Position numbers and translations under genes: made by a program. A stretch of DNA of 64,000 nt from Chrysomallon squamiferum (lineage: Eukaryota > Animalia > Mollusca). The DNA is taken from positions 24,862,001 through 24,926,000 of the forward strand of contig CM022673.1 in the NCBI GenBank assembly GCA_012295275.1, in the 5' to 3' direction. The notes under the pieces were generated by a model that made no database searches, was not told where the DNA came from, and saw only the letters and a list, made by a program, of their open reading frames with translations. Each line of letters opens with the position of its first letter. Within the stretch, counting starts at the first letter, position 1. This document shows positions 40,515 through 53,522 of this stretch, piece after piece.

Positions 40515-41360
40515 CTGATCTTTTCCATTTCACTAACATAACTGTATGTCACTGTAACAGATTCAGTCCATTTCTGTAACATCACTGTATGTCACTGTAT
40601 GTCACTGTAACATATTCTGTACATTTGTCTAACATCACTGTATGTCACTGTAACAGATTCTGTCCATTTCTCTGATATCACTGTATGTCACTGTAACAGA
40701 TTCTGTCCATTTGTCTAACATCACTGCATGTCACTGTAACAGATTCTGTCCATTTCTCTGATATCACTGTATGTCACTGTAACAGATTCTGTCCATTTGT
40801 CTAACATCACTGTATGTCACTGTAACATATTCTGTCCATTTCTCTAACATCACTGTATGTCACTGTAACAGATTCTGTCCATTTCTCTAATACAACTGTA
40901 TGTCATTGTAACATATTCTGTACATTTCTCTAATACAACTGTATGTTACTGTAACAGATTCTGTCCATTTCTCTAACATCACTGTATGTCACTGTAACAG
41001 ATTCTGTCCATTTCTCTAACATCACTGTATGTCACTGTAACAGATTCTGTCCATTTGTCTAACATCACTGTATGTCACTGTAACAGATTCTGTACATTTG
41101 TCTAACATCACTGTATGTCACTGTAACAGATTCTGTCCATTTCTGTAACATCACTGTATGTCACTGTAACAGATTCTGTCCATTTCTGTAACATCACTAT
41201 ATGTCACTGTAACAGATTGTCCATTTCTCTAACATCACTGTATGTCACTGTAACAGATTCTGTCCATTTGTCTAACATCACTGTATGTCACTGTAACAGA
41301 TTCTGTCCATTTCTCTAATACAACTGTATGTCACTGTAACAGATTCTGTCCATTTCTCTA
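40515..41360. repeat. 43-bp minisatellite, ~19 copies (aacatcactgtatgtcactgtaacagattctgtccatttctct)
   Basis: Highly homogeneous head-to-tail units with an internal tcactgta subrepeat; no spacers. Confidence 0.97.
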
Positions 41361-42959
41361 CAAGATAGATGCATTATTTATAACATCTGTAATATTGATT
41401 CCTTGGCTGTGCATTTCATTTCAATTACAAACACTACCATCAGTTGTTCACTTTTCTCTGGCTTGCTAGATTTTATTATGAATAGAGTCACCCAGCTGTA
41501 ACCGATGTCTGATTGATGTAATAAACTTGAAATGGATGGTGTCTGAGTTATGAAACAGAATTTGTCACTATCATATCTTGGGCAAAACTTTCAAACGGTG
41601 TCAGACAAAATCACATTTTCATTGGAAACATGGTAAAAATTAACCTCTTGAATGAAAATTGTTGCACTCGACTCTTAGTTGATAAAATCAGATTTGAAAC
41701 TGATAAATACTACTGAAAGGTAATTGAAAAAGATTGAGATTACATCACCCTCTCGGTCAATCCTTTAATGCTGAAGCAATAGGACTGGTTTGATTTGAAA
41801 ACACATTATTGACTTATGGATAATGAGCCGAAAAAGATGTGCTTCAACTGCAGCCTGTGTGTACATTTACAGTTTATAATAATCAGTTGTAGATAGATTA
41901 AACAGAAATCCCATGTCTTTCTCAGTAACTTCTAATTCTGATTTGTGGTATGTCATGGTTTGTTCAGTGATTTCTTCAGGACAGTATTATAAGTATTATA
42001 CAAACTTTATTAATCTCCTCTGAATATTTTAAAGCAATCTTTAATGAAAGAGATTTACATTTTGCTAACCGTTTTCAATTCACAAATACTATTTCATTCT
42101 TTTCGTTAAAGAGAAACTACATTATTTTTTTTAATGCACAACAGACAAATTGACCTATGATAGATAATAGCTTCTGAATGCTAGCTTTTTCCCACCATTC
42201 ACATTAAAGAAGTTATTATGAAGGAGATAGGAAAGAAAGCGCGAAATGCACCAACATTCCATCCCAAAATACCAAACACCATTCAGACATGCAGAACTCA
42301 CTGCAAAAAGTTCATTTTCACTAGAAGACAAAACTGCAAGAAAAAATGTCTGTGTGTTGTATGTGTGCACATAGTTCTATCCTGTTACCTTTCTACAGAT
42401 ACATACTGTACAGTGAGGGTAGTTAGAAAAATACTCGTGAAATAATCACTAGTCTTAGTCTCTTTTCATCATTAATATCTTTTTACAAATAGAAAATCAT
42501 TCTGTTCAGCATCATGATTATAAAATAATTACTTACAGAATATATATGTGTATATATATATATTCTATAAGTAAACCAGTGGGTTTTGTAAGACAAGTCG
42601 TACCTGAGTTCAGATGTTACAAGTGTGTTTATTATTCTGAAAACTAAACTGCGTCTGTGTTTTGATATTTTCTTTTTTAGACATTTTTACCCAAAACAAC
42701 AACAAAGAAGAAAAACAACTAATACAACTAATACATGAATTAAAAAAATAAAAAAATAATAATAATAGTAATAAATAAATAAATAAATAAATTAATAAAT
42801 TAATGTTTATGTATAATATTAAGAATAATACTTCATAAAACTTAATTTCAAACAGACTAGCAAAATGTATCATTATATTTTCAAAAACTATTTAATCTTC
42901 AAAGAACTTTTTTTTTTAAATGATATCACAATTGCACCATGTTAAAATTTCAGAATATT

Positions 42960-42997
<38 letters not shown>

Positions 42998-43404
42998 AAT
43001 TTCATTCAGAGAAAAGTTTGTTTATGCAGACAGCTGCTACATGTTCGTTGCCTCCCAGAACAGACACTGCCCCCCCCCCCGTGCTAACCTGAACACACCT
43101 ATGTGGTTGTACCTCAAAAACACCTGATACACGACAGGTAGCGTCATCACTGAGGTGCAGATCGGCTTTCTGGGAAATGTTTGTTGCTATAGAAACTACG
43201 TAAGCATGTCTGGTTGGAAGCCAAAGTTACTCAACAAAACATGTGTAAAGTTGTACATTAATAAGTTCTTTCTGGCTTTGTGAGGATCATCCCATGGAGG
43301 GGTTGCTTAGTTAGGGGGGTCACACAGTGGTGTGTCAGGGGTTTTTTTTGGCTGGCTGTTTGTTGTGTTTTCAAGGTGATGGATAAAGTGGAGGAATTGT
43401 GAAC

Positions 43405-43453
43405 ATGGTTGACACTCAGAGTGTCGGTTCTGGAGACTATGATAATCTGTACT
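43405..43453 (+). CDS. Candidate alternative first micro-CDS MVDTQSVGSGDYDNLY (phase 1)
   Basis: aacATGG context, 16 codons + 1 nt, GTAAGT at 43454; follows a GC-richer stretch (43030-43400). Confidence 0.45.
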
Positions 43454-44719
43454 GTAAGTAGTCTGCATGGTTTTCACATAGTTTGTCTCTGACTGCAGGT
43501 GAACGGCTTGTTCAGACCAACCCTCTCCTTCACTGCAGTTGTTTATAACAAAGTGTCTAAATCATCATCTTTTTTATATATTTTTTTTTCTTTCTGATAT
43601 GTTTACTGAATGCTTATAAAGATATTGAAATTAGATGTAAACGCCTTTTTAATGAAATGTCTCATCTTACCAATCCTTCAGAAACATTTAAAAAAATAAA
43701 AAAAATAAAAAAAAGAAGAAATTTTTCATTTCCAAATATGTTTATTTATACACGTGAATTTATATTTACATTTGGTCTGTGTGTTTGTACATCTCGCTTA
43801 TTCTAGACTCTTGTTATCAGTGATTCATGCAAATCATTTTTTTTATTTTTTTTAATTTTTTTGTCTATTCTTCCCTTTAGATCATATTTCCTAGCCTCTA
43901 TTCCCATAACACAAAATATTTAGAGAAAAAAAAATGTATTAGTATTTGCGAGAAGATTTATCAGTACATTAGAAAGTCAGATTTCTGCGATAAGACATCA
44001 GTCGGGTATATTCCTGATTACATGCATTGTGCTTCGCTCTAAAGCAGTTTTTCAAAATGGGATCAGGTAATAATTATCATCGAAGCAGCTCACATCGTGA
44101 CATTCAAACACTGACATTAACTCCTGCTTTATGATGGAATCCTGGCTGTGATGTTTGATTACACAGTTGTTTGAGCCTCTCTTCGTGTTGTGTGTGTTCA
44201 CATGTTAATCATTGGTGTTGCTATCAGGCTGACTGATGTGCTGACACTGTTCAGTGATTAAAACTCCATGATTACAGGAATTAGGAAGAGTGGTTGGATG
44301 GTCTGGTGGTTAGAATGGTTGCCTGATAGTGAGGATGCAGGATTAGTCTCTGCTGGAAGATTTCCCAGTCCAACCAGAACTGCTGAGTTTTATAATCGCT
44401 GTCAGTCTGTTAAAAAAAAAAAAAAAAATCATTTAGAATGGCAGATGATGATTATTTCCAAACACAAGTAAATTAAATAATGATGAAGCTGAATAATAAT
44501 AATATTCATTTTTTTAAAATTATTTATTCTTTTCAAAATTCTCAAGCAAAATCAGTTTAAATTTTTTATTTGACTAAAAAAACGGTAAGTTGTCAGGTTT
44601 ATTTCAAAGTTGTCTTATATTTTTTATAATCTTATCATGAACATGCCACCTGTATCAATAAGTTAAAAAAACCCAGAGTTTATTGTTACATGTTTTAAAT
44701 ATGAATGAAGGAATAACTG

Positions 44720-44905
44720 TAGTGAGCTGGCCTGAGGCATGATAAGCTACAGGATCAATTCTTCTCAGTGTACTTTGGGCTATTTCCTATTCAGCAGGTG
44801 TTAAAAGACTGGTTTTTCAAAGACTCCATTGCACGTTTTCCTGTCTATGGGAATTCATATAAAAAAAAAATTCTTTTGTACTAATCAGTAGGAGTAACCC
44901 ATTAA
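44720..44905 (+). mobile_element. Degenerate SINE copy (5' part)
   Basis: ggcctgagg..acaggatcaat..tgggctatttc..gactggtttttcaaag..ttttcctgtctatggg..catataaaa..ctaatcagtaggagtaaccc. Confidence 0.6.
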
Positions 44906-45423
44906 GAACATCAACATCAAACATTCAGAAATTTGACTTCATTTACCTGACATCTGATAACAGATAACACTAAAATGTTCTAAAGTGTTGTTAACAAATT
45001 ACTCTTTTTGCTCCATATCATTTTCTTTCTTTCATTTTTTTTTTTTTTCTTAAAGTCAACACCTCTCTGTCACCAGGTTAAAGAACTGGGTTCATTGTTG
45101 TTTTTGAACGTAAAGGCTTCACTGATACCTATCTCACTGAGGTTCATCCATCTGAAACCTTTATAAAGATTCACATTTGCATCTTTCACTGTATTCATTT
45201 AACAAATATAATACTGATACATGATGATACAGGAAAGGATGTCAGTTTTAGAAACAGCAAATGTAAGTGGTTTAATTTTGTGTTCAGTAATGTGTAGATC
45301 TGTTTTTCTAATTTGTGTGTACGAATTAATATTGGGTGTGCCGTAGAATGTATTTTAAATATGATTCTCTCTTTTTTCACTTTTTCCTTTTCTTTCTCTT
45401 TCTCAGTTCATCATTTTCATTTT

Positions 45424-45425
<2 letters not shown>

Positions 45426-45493
<68 letters not shown>

Positions 45494-45526
45494 CACAACA
45501 AACACACGCACACACGCACACACACA

Positions 45527-45572
<46 letters not shown>
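45426..45572. repeat. (CA)n microsatellite
   Basis: Direct reading. Confidence 0.95.
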
Positions 45573-45574
<2 letters not shown>

Positions 45575-46279
45575 ACAAATGTACTCTAACACATCTCTAT
45601 ATGTTATTCTACGTTTACTGATGATCTGTTTAACAACTTGTACTTCATAAATGCATTACTAAAAGAAAACCGCAGAGTATAATGTCCATCACTAAGTACT
45701 GTTAGAAGCAGTGTGAGTCTACTTTGTTGTGGAAAGAGGATCTGCTGTCAGCAGGTAATTTTGATGTTTTAGATTCACTAACAACATAGTCTATCCACGC
45801 GAGCTGTTTGTTGTAAAAATAGAAGCTTGATGGATTAGTTATTATTCTGGTACAACCATCCACTGGTTCCTCGCTTCTGCAAGGTTTCCAGCTTTTAAAA
45901 AAATATATATATGTGTATTCCCAAAACCAAAAAGAAACCATGGGCTTGAAACACATGTACAATAGTTTACTTTTCTTTCCTTTTAACCTCATTTCTGGGA
46001 GTTAATTATGTTTTTTGTTACGGTGTATTCAATGATGATGGTTCAGAAATAGCAGTTTGTCAGGGTTTTGTGTTTGTAAAGAATTAATTAAAGTTAGAAT
46101 GAAAAACGTGAATCTAGGGAATTGACAATTATGTTTAGAAGAAAATAGACTTTAGGAATAAGTATTTACTCATACTTAACTTGGACATAAGGTGATAAAA
46201 ATGTTACAAGAGGAGCTTTAGGACTGTAAATAGGTTGGCTGTTTAGACAGTAAGGTAGCAACTGACTGCAATCCTGTGA

Positions 46280-46545
46280 TAAGAGCATTGGCCTGAGGCT
46301 TGATATGTTACAGGATCAATTCCACTCGGTGATCTTTTTGAGTCTTTGCAGTATAACATGCCATCAAAGCCTGATCTATGTGTTTTCCTTTTAGTCTCAA
46401 TGTGTGTATACAGATCATTTATTTCTAATGGGAAAATGTAATGGCTTTCCTCTGAAGATTATATATCAGAATGACCAAGTGGTTTAATCCAGTTGTCTGT
46501 GATAGAACAGTTATCAGAGTGTCTGGTCAAGTCTTCAAACGAAAT
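46280..46545 (+). mobile_element. Degenerate SINE copy
   Basis: ggcctgaggcttgatatgttacaggatcaattcc matches the head at 44729; tcaaagcc..atgtgttttcct and ctaatgggaaaatgta follow. Confidence 0.55.
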
Positions 46546-48270
46546 CATTTTTTTCTGGTTGTCACAGAAATCTCTTGCATAGTTTTCATCATTGCTAAGT
46601 CTGGTTAATGATGAAACACTTTATGTAACTGCCAGATATTTTAATAAAATAAAGCACAATTGTTTTTACTGTTTAAAAGTGAAGTGTCCACATCATGGGT
46701 AAATACAGACAGGTGTTTTATGATTAAAAGAAGTGTCAGCTTTTAGGCAGTTTTTTACTATCAAACACATCAACAGTTTAACTCTTATGACTGTTTCCTT
46801 TAAAAACACAAACCTAATTGTACCATCAAACACAAAACGAATGCAGCTATATCAGTTTTTATTGTTAAGGCATGTCATTAATTACACTGCTGCAGCCATT
46901 ACTATTAGTAACAGATCAGTGGTTGTATTGTGAAACACAGCAAAGTGATAAACAAGTATGCAGACATCAGTAACGTATTTTACAATAACAGAGCTCGCCT
47001 CTGTCTTGTAAAATACATTACTGGCATCTGTATCTGTCAGACTAAACTGAAAAAATAAATCTTCATCAGTCTCTTGACATTAACCTATGTGGCATATGAT
47101 CGCAAAGCAGATGAGAAGCTGGAAAATATAATTTCACTGTTTTAGCAAACGTAGCCACATCGCATACATCACACACAAACAAGCTTCCACTGGTATTAAT
47201 ATACATCTTAAAGTGTACTCATTATAGAATGGACAAATAGCCTAAGTGCATTTTGTTATTTTTATTCTTGCTTAATGTGTGTAACTGAAAATCATCTTTG
47301 CTAATAATAAAGGATGATGAAATGAAAAGCTCCTAAGGATGTCTAATTGCTGACAGTTCTTTCTTCATTTAGAAAAAAAAAAAGAAACTGTGGATGTAGT
47401 AGTTTCTTTATACTGTTCAAATTAATTTTAATTAAGTAGAGTCAATATTTCTAAGTATTTGTTTTGACCATGTTTGACCTTGAGGTTAATCTGAAGAACA
47501 TGTTGGATGAATAGAAATTGCACAGATCTATAAAGCAATTACATTATTAAGTGAAAAACAGAAAGCTTCAGCAGCAGATATGTTTATCAATATGAACTCG
47601 GTGTAACTTGAATAAATCTCATCCTAGACAAGGAGTCAGGATCAAATCTCCACAATGGCTAGTTCAACTTAAGTGCAATGAGGCACAAGTTTGTGTCACT
47701 GGTTTTACTGGTAACAGATATGACTGAAACACTGCATTTGATCAAATCATTAAAATGATTAAGTAGTCATTACAGTGGTGAAACCATGGTATCCAAACCA
47801 TCTCAGAGATTAAACAAGTTTCACTGTGTGTGAGTGTTCTTGTGTGTGTGAATAGGATACAGGTCAATGAAAATTTGTTCCCAAGTTTTGGATCCAGGTA
47901 TCAAATCCCACACATAGTTAACTGAGTTTGACAAATTAATAATAAACCACAATTTTCTGTATCTGGAAAACAGTCCATGTTGCTAAGAGTCTGTCACAAC
48001 AGATTGCTTTGGTTTCTTCGTCAAGAACAGTCACAATAAAAGCATTTAGAACTTCGCAACAATCTTAAGGCAATGATATAATCAAATGATTAGAATGCAA
48101 GTGAAAAAAATAACAATGATAATAATAATTAAAAAAAAGAATATGTAAACTTCTAGCTGCTGTCAGTTTAATATTTATCATTCAAGTTTAATATAAGTTA
48201 GGGATGGTTTTGTATTTTACACATAAACCAGATTATGTTACTGATATCAAACAATTACATCAGATATTTT

Positions 48271-48382
48271 ACAAACAGTTACATTAGTGTACAAACAGTT
48301 ACATCAGTGTACAGACAGTTACATTAGTGTATAAACAGTTACATTAGTGTATAAACAGTTACATTAGTGTATAAACAGTTAC
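48271..48382. repeat. 20-bp minisatellite (a(c/t)aaacagttacattagtgt), ~5.5 copies
   Basis: Direct reading. Confidence 0.92.
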
Positions 48383-48824
48383 GTGCCTCTTTCTTGTATA
48401 AATCGAATCACTTGTTACTGTACCTGGCCAAAAAAACACTTTATCAGATTAACTCTAATCTCACAGAACTAAAGGAAATCCAGTCCTAGAGCTATCTGTG
48501 ATCAAAGTGGATTAGGTAATGCCATTTGCACATAATGAGATTAAGTAATCTGTGTTTAATTTTCTGAAAGGTTATGATCCACACTGTTCCAGTTACCTCT
48601 AGCTATTTATAGGCCAGTTGAAGGTGGGCTGTTCAGCTCTTTCAAGTTGTGCTTAAGTTTAATATTCAATACTGGCTTTGATATTCTGATACGAGCTGCA
48701 GTGAATTGAAAACCATTAAAGATACGAATGATAGACTAGATTAAATGAAACACATGTCAGCATATTGTTTTATAAAATATTTAGACTTTATACAGGATAT
48801 CTCAGTCGATTAATAATAGATAGG

Positions 48825-48903
48825 TAAGTAGCCAAATGTAAAATAGTGATACATGTAGTAGTAGTAGTAGTAGTAGTAATAGTAATAGTAGTAGTAATAG
48901 TAA

Positions 48904-48956
<53 letters not shown>

Positions 48957-49310
48957 ATAGTAGTAGTAATAGTAGTAATAATAATAATGCTAATAACATC
49001 ATTATGATGATAATGATTATGATGATAAGTAGCCAAATGTAAAATAGTAATGCATGTAGTTGTAGTAGTAGTAGTAGTAGTAGTAGTAATAATAGTAGTA
49101 ATAGTAGCAGTAATAATAATACTAATAACATCATGATGATTATGATAAGTAGCCAAATGTAAAATAGTGATATATGTTGTTGTAGTAGTAGTAGTAGTAG
49201 TAGTAGTAATAGTAATAGTAATAGTAATAGTAGTAATAGTAGTAATAATAGTAACAATAAAAATACTAATAACAACATCATGATGATGATGATGATTATG
49301 ACGATAAGGA
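48825..49310. repeat. Three-unit compound repeat: 32-bp anchor + (TAG/TAA)n + (TGA)n
   Basis: taagtagccaaatgtaaaatagt at 48825, 49026 and 49146, each followed by trinucleotide tracts of different length. Confidence 0.9.
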
Positions 49311-49779
49311 GAACATAGACATTGTCTCAAACTTCTATTGGCCCTTCTCCAGACATGATTATCACGGTACTGAATTTTATCTCCACTAAACAGATTACTG
49401 GAAGCTGGAGAACTGTCCTCAGGGAATCTGCTAGAAACTGAGTAAACTTGTGTAAGAAAATGTATTGAACTGCTGTAACAGAAAAGTATGAGAAACTGAT
49501 TTGCCCATAGGCTGGACCAATTACAAATGGCAGAGGAAATGGGAAGTTCCCCGTATTATATTCATCATTAGATAATTACCATCATTACTACTACTACTTG
49601 TTATTATTACTTCATTGCTACTTCAACTTCATTATTAAGAAAAATTGTTCTTACTACGTGTTTGTAAAAATTCAAGTATAGAAGCAAAATCATTTACATT
49701 TTGCATCAACTGCAGGTGTTTCTGTTAATTACATTCAGTGTTTGACAGTTGAAGGTTTTTCAATAAGTCATACATTAAG

Positions 49780-49998
49780 GTTTTTTTCACAAGTTTCACT
49801 GTCATATCGCTAGCTTTCTTATAAGTCTGACAGTCATGTTTATATCTTTCTCATGTCAGTCATACTGTTAGCTTTCTCACAATTGTGACAGTCATACTGT
49901 TAGCTTTCTCACAATTGTGACAGTCATACTGTTAGCTTTCACACCTGTCTAACAGTCATATTGTTAGCTTTCTCACTCATAATGTTAACTTTCTCACA
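49780..49998. repeat. 32-bp minisatellite (gacagtcatactgttagctttctcacaattgt)
   Basis: Clear units at 49887 and 49919, with degenerate flanking copies. Confidence 0.8.
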
Positions 49999-52177
49999 GT
50001 GAGTTACTACTGTGAGCTGGTGTCTGGCAGTACTTGGACTCAGTGTGAACACTAGTTTAACAGCAGCACTCACACAAGTGTTTCTGCTTTTTGTCAAACA
50101 GGCAGAGAATTTATCAAGATGTGCACAATAAATTCATTTGTTTCTTCTCAGCATTTTTCACGGCCATTGTAAGATTAGGCGTGTCTAAAAGCAGATAGCC
50201 CCAGCAGCTGTGGTGAGGCTGTTGCCAACTTGTGTTTGTTAAATGAATTGTTATTAAGTCTTCTGTGTTGGTGGAGTAAAAAAACAAAGAATTAGCAATT
50301 GGAAAAATCCCAGCAGGTCAACAAAGCAGCAGTAGAAACGAGAGATAAGAGAAAATAGCTTCTTGGTAATCAGGGAAAGTTTCTTTAGTTTTGATTTGAT
50401 TAAAAGTTATTTTTTGTGGAGCTGTTGTTTTCTTGGAGTTGTGATGCAGATGAAATAATTAAAATGTTTTATTTAAGGAAAGACAAAATGACAGTAAGAC
50501 GATTGTCTACATTTTTATTTATTATTTAAAAACATTTATTACTGAAATAATTTTCTTACAGTTTACAGAGATGACAATACCCATTTAATGAATCTTTCTC
50601 TCAAACACTTTAAAAAAACAAAAAAAGCATTCAGTACATGAATTGATTTGTAACCTTGCCATAAAAAAATAAAGAAACCACAGTTGTTTTTAACCATTTT
50701 CTTTTCAAATACTTTTCAAGGTCTGTGATAACTAAATTAAATTTTACACTGGTAAGAGCTGCATAATGAATTGTGTAGTGAAGTTAAAGCATTTAAAGTG
50801 TTTAATAAATACAAATATGTATTTTTTTTTTTTTATTCTCATAGCCCACATTCAGAATTACTGCTTTAACAGCATCCTGATCAATTCTCACAGATCATTA
50901 ATCATTAATCCACTGCATTGTTCTATTAGATGTTTAATTATTTTTTCATGAACCCAAAGGTCATAGGGAACATGGCACAAGTGCAAACAAATGTAAGGAA
51001 CAGGCTTGTGTGAGATTTATTATTTTCTTAAATTTTCTAACAATTGTTAAACCAAAGCTGCAGTGCTGTGTTACATAATGACAAATCTGCAACCAGACAT
51101 AATTAGTGCAATGCATTAATTATGAGAATGGCAGAAAAACATGGATTCATGGAGATAACATGGAGTTCGTGGCTTTCTGAGTTATTCTTCATGAGTCTTC
51201 ATTTCCTCACAGCTAATAGTGAATGGTGTAACACTGTTTGATCAGTGAGTGTTGAAATAACTGAATGTAATTACAGTAACTGCTGATGTTACCGATTCTG
51301 TTGTTTAACAGAATTTGGTGGTGGGTCAGTGTAATGGTTTCAGACACTGCAAGTCACCATATGGTCATCAGTTTGCTGTTTAGCCATAGGTGACCAGCAG
51401 AAATGACCAGGCTAATATTGATTATGGCCTAAGGATCACTGGTTATGTAGATAGCATCTGTCCTCTTACTGTGATGAAATCAATGGAATCAACAACCAGT
51501 ATGGGGAAAATGAGAAGAATTGGTAAAAACTAAATGGATTTTTTCCCTAAAAAAATGTTAAGTATTAAGTGGAAGAATGATTAAACATGTTTTCTTATTT
51601 TTAATTAAACTTGAACTAAGAGATGAAGTGAAAGTAAACATGAATAAAAGGTAATAAAAAGAAAGATCATGAAATCCACTTACATTGTTCTTGTACAACT
51701 TCTATTTTAACATGATTAGCTTCCAGATCAAGCAAACTATTAAATCATTAATCATTTAATTGTGTGAATTGCAGATAATAATTGAATTCATTGTTTTGAA
51801 ATCATAATCTTAATGTTCACTTCACTTTAGGAAATCAATGTCTTTTACATTTATGTGTTCATGTATCCAAATATTTTAATCTCATTTTGTCAGCAGTACA
51901 ATTCAACATTTGACATGATTTTGATATAGTGTGTGTGCCTTTGTATGCCTGTGTGTGCCTGTGTGTGCGTGTGCACTCATTTTCCGACGTGATCATTATG
52001 CCTATATTATTTGCATGAGTATGCATATGCATCTTATTCAAGCACTTATTTGTGTGTATGTATATATATATAAGATTACATAAGGCCAAACAAAGCAAAT
52101 TTGTTCTGGCATTTATTAAATGTTGAAGATGTTCCTCAAATGACATTGAAATTTAAAGACGTTGTTTGTTATCACAG

Positions 52178-53522
52178 GGTCATCAACTACAAGCCTGAAT
52201 GAGGAATCGGATCACCAGAACACCCAGCATGCGAGTCACCAGAAACAGGCCAAACAGCCGCAGACCAAACAGCCTGAGAGCAAAGCAAAGCAGGTTCCTC
52301 CAGTGAAAGTTCCAGAGACAAAAGTGTCAAACGTCGGGAAAGAACCAGTCACGGCCACCACATCAACCAGCAGAAAGGGAGACAACTGCGGAGTGACCGG
52401 GCGAACGAGCGATACCCAGCAGATCTAGAAACATTCGGACATCATCGGCCTGGCCACGTCGAACCGGTGTACGTCCGACAAGGGAGACAACTGGGGAGAG
52501 TCCAGCGAGGCAATGTTTACGTTCAGCAGACTGAGCTCAGCTTCCCTCGCGACAGAGAACCAGTGTATGTCAAACACGGCCAGCAGGATGTGTACAGCCA
52601 GCCCTCGCAGTCGGAGCGTGTGCAAGTGCAGATGCATTACATGTCCAGGGACAACTTCAGTGACCATGAAACAGTGCTAGTCAAACACACACGCCCTCCA
52701 GACATCGCTGGTTACGAGCAGCCACCCAAACCTGAACGAGTGCATGCATCGTCTTCTCCCAGATACACGTCTGAAAGTGCTTTAGTGGACGGTGAACCGG
52801 TGTACATAAAACAGAGGTCCAAGTCAGGGCTTCGTCTGGCATCAGATCCGCATCAGAGGATTGAACGATACGCTTCAGAAAACGCTCTGGGCACGGAGCC
52901 CGACGTACTGTACATAAAACACACAAAGAAAGGAGTGCCCCACGGACAACAACAACCACAACAACAACAACAACCACCACCACCTACTACCTCAATCATT
53001 CGCCACGGCGATGGTCACTATGCTTCCACGAGTCAACGAGAACCGCTGTATACCTCAGTGAACGAGGCAGGGGATTACGAGGGTCGCAGTCGATTCCGAA
53101 CGAGAAGCGAGGAGCGAGGGGAAAAGATCTACGAGCGGAGCAGACTGGTACAGCGAGGCGACCCCAACCTTTACGGACATCCTGGTTACCGGGCGAGGGC
53201 CGCCAGCAGCAGCAGGAGTCAGGAAAGGGATTCGGAGATTTACGCGGCTGAGAAGATTCGAGCGCACGTTGTCGACGGCGCAGCACATTCCACGGATGAA
53301 AACGTTTACGAGGCTCGGAAAATAAGGTCGAGGTCGGCCGAGCGCGAACACGCCAACTATGAAATTCAGGTCTACGAGGCGAGTATCCGCGACCGCGACG
53401 ATGTGCTGTCTGCATCCAATGACACACTGAGCAGTGACATGGAGTCTCAGAGTAGCAGACGTGGTCGCAAGCCGCGACGTCACACTGTCACAGTGGGGGG
53501 AGGAGGTCCAGATGCTGAGGAG
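52178..53522 (+). CDS. Large internal coding exon of a disordered Tyr-motif-rich scaffold, tentatively SRCIN1/KIAA1217 (sickle tail)-like; frame discontinuity at ~52278-52380
   Basis: Acceptor ttgttatcacag| at 52177 (phase 1; frame A stops at 52426-52428). Frame B is open from 52278 to the donor GAG|GTAAGA at 53523 (phase 0). GC/CpG-rich against AT-rich introns. It ends SSRRGRKPRRHTVTVGGGGPDAEE, resembling the N-terminal RRHT(L/I) motif of p140Cap/SKT proteins, and contains EPLY. Coding status is strong; the family call is weak (~0.4). Confidence 0.8.

Noticed and set aside
40515-41360. CRISPR-like appearance of the arrays (also 15841, 33720, 48825)
   Set aside because: No unique spacers, no cas genes, eukaryotic context.
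44285-44400. tRNA-like A-box (ggtctggtggttagaatgg)
   Set aside because: No cloverleaf or proper B-box; at most a decayed SINE head.
52336-52342. GGGAAAG as a -1 slippery site
   Set aside because: Out of phase: frame A reads GGG AAA, not G GGA AAG.
52425-53483. Minus-strand ORFs over the large exon
   Set aside because: Antisense shadows; splice sites and repeated motifs support the plus strand.
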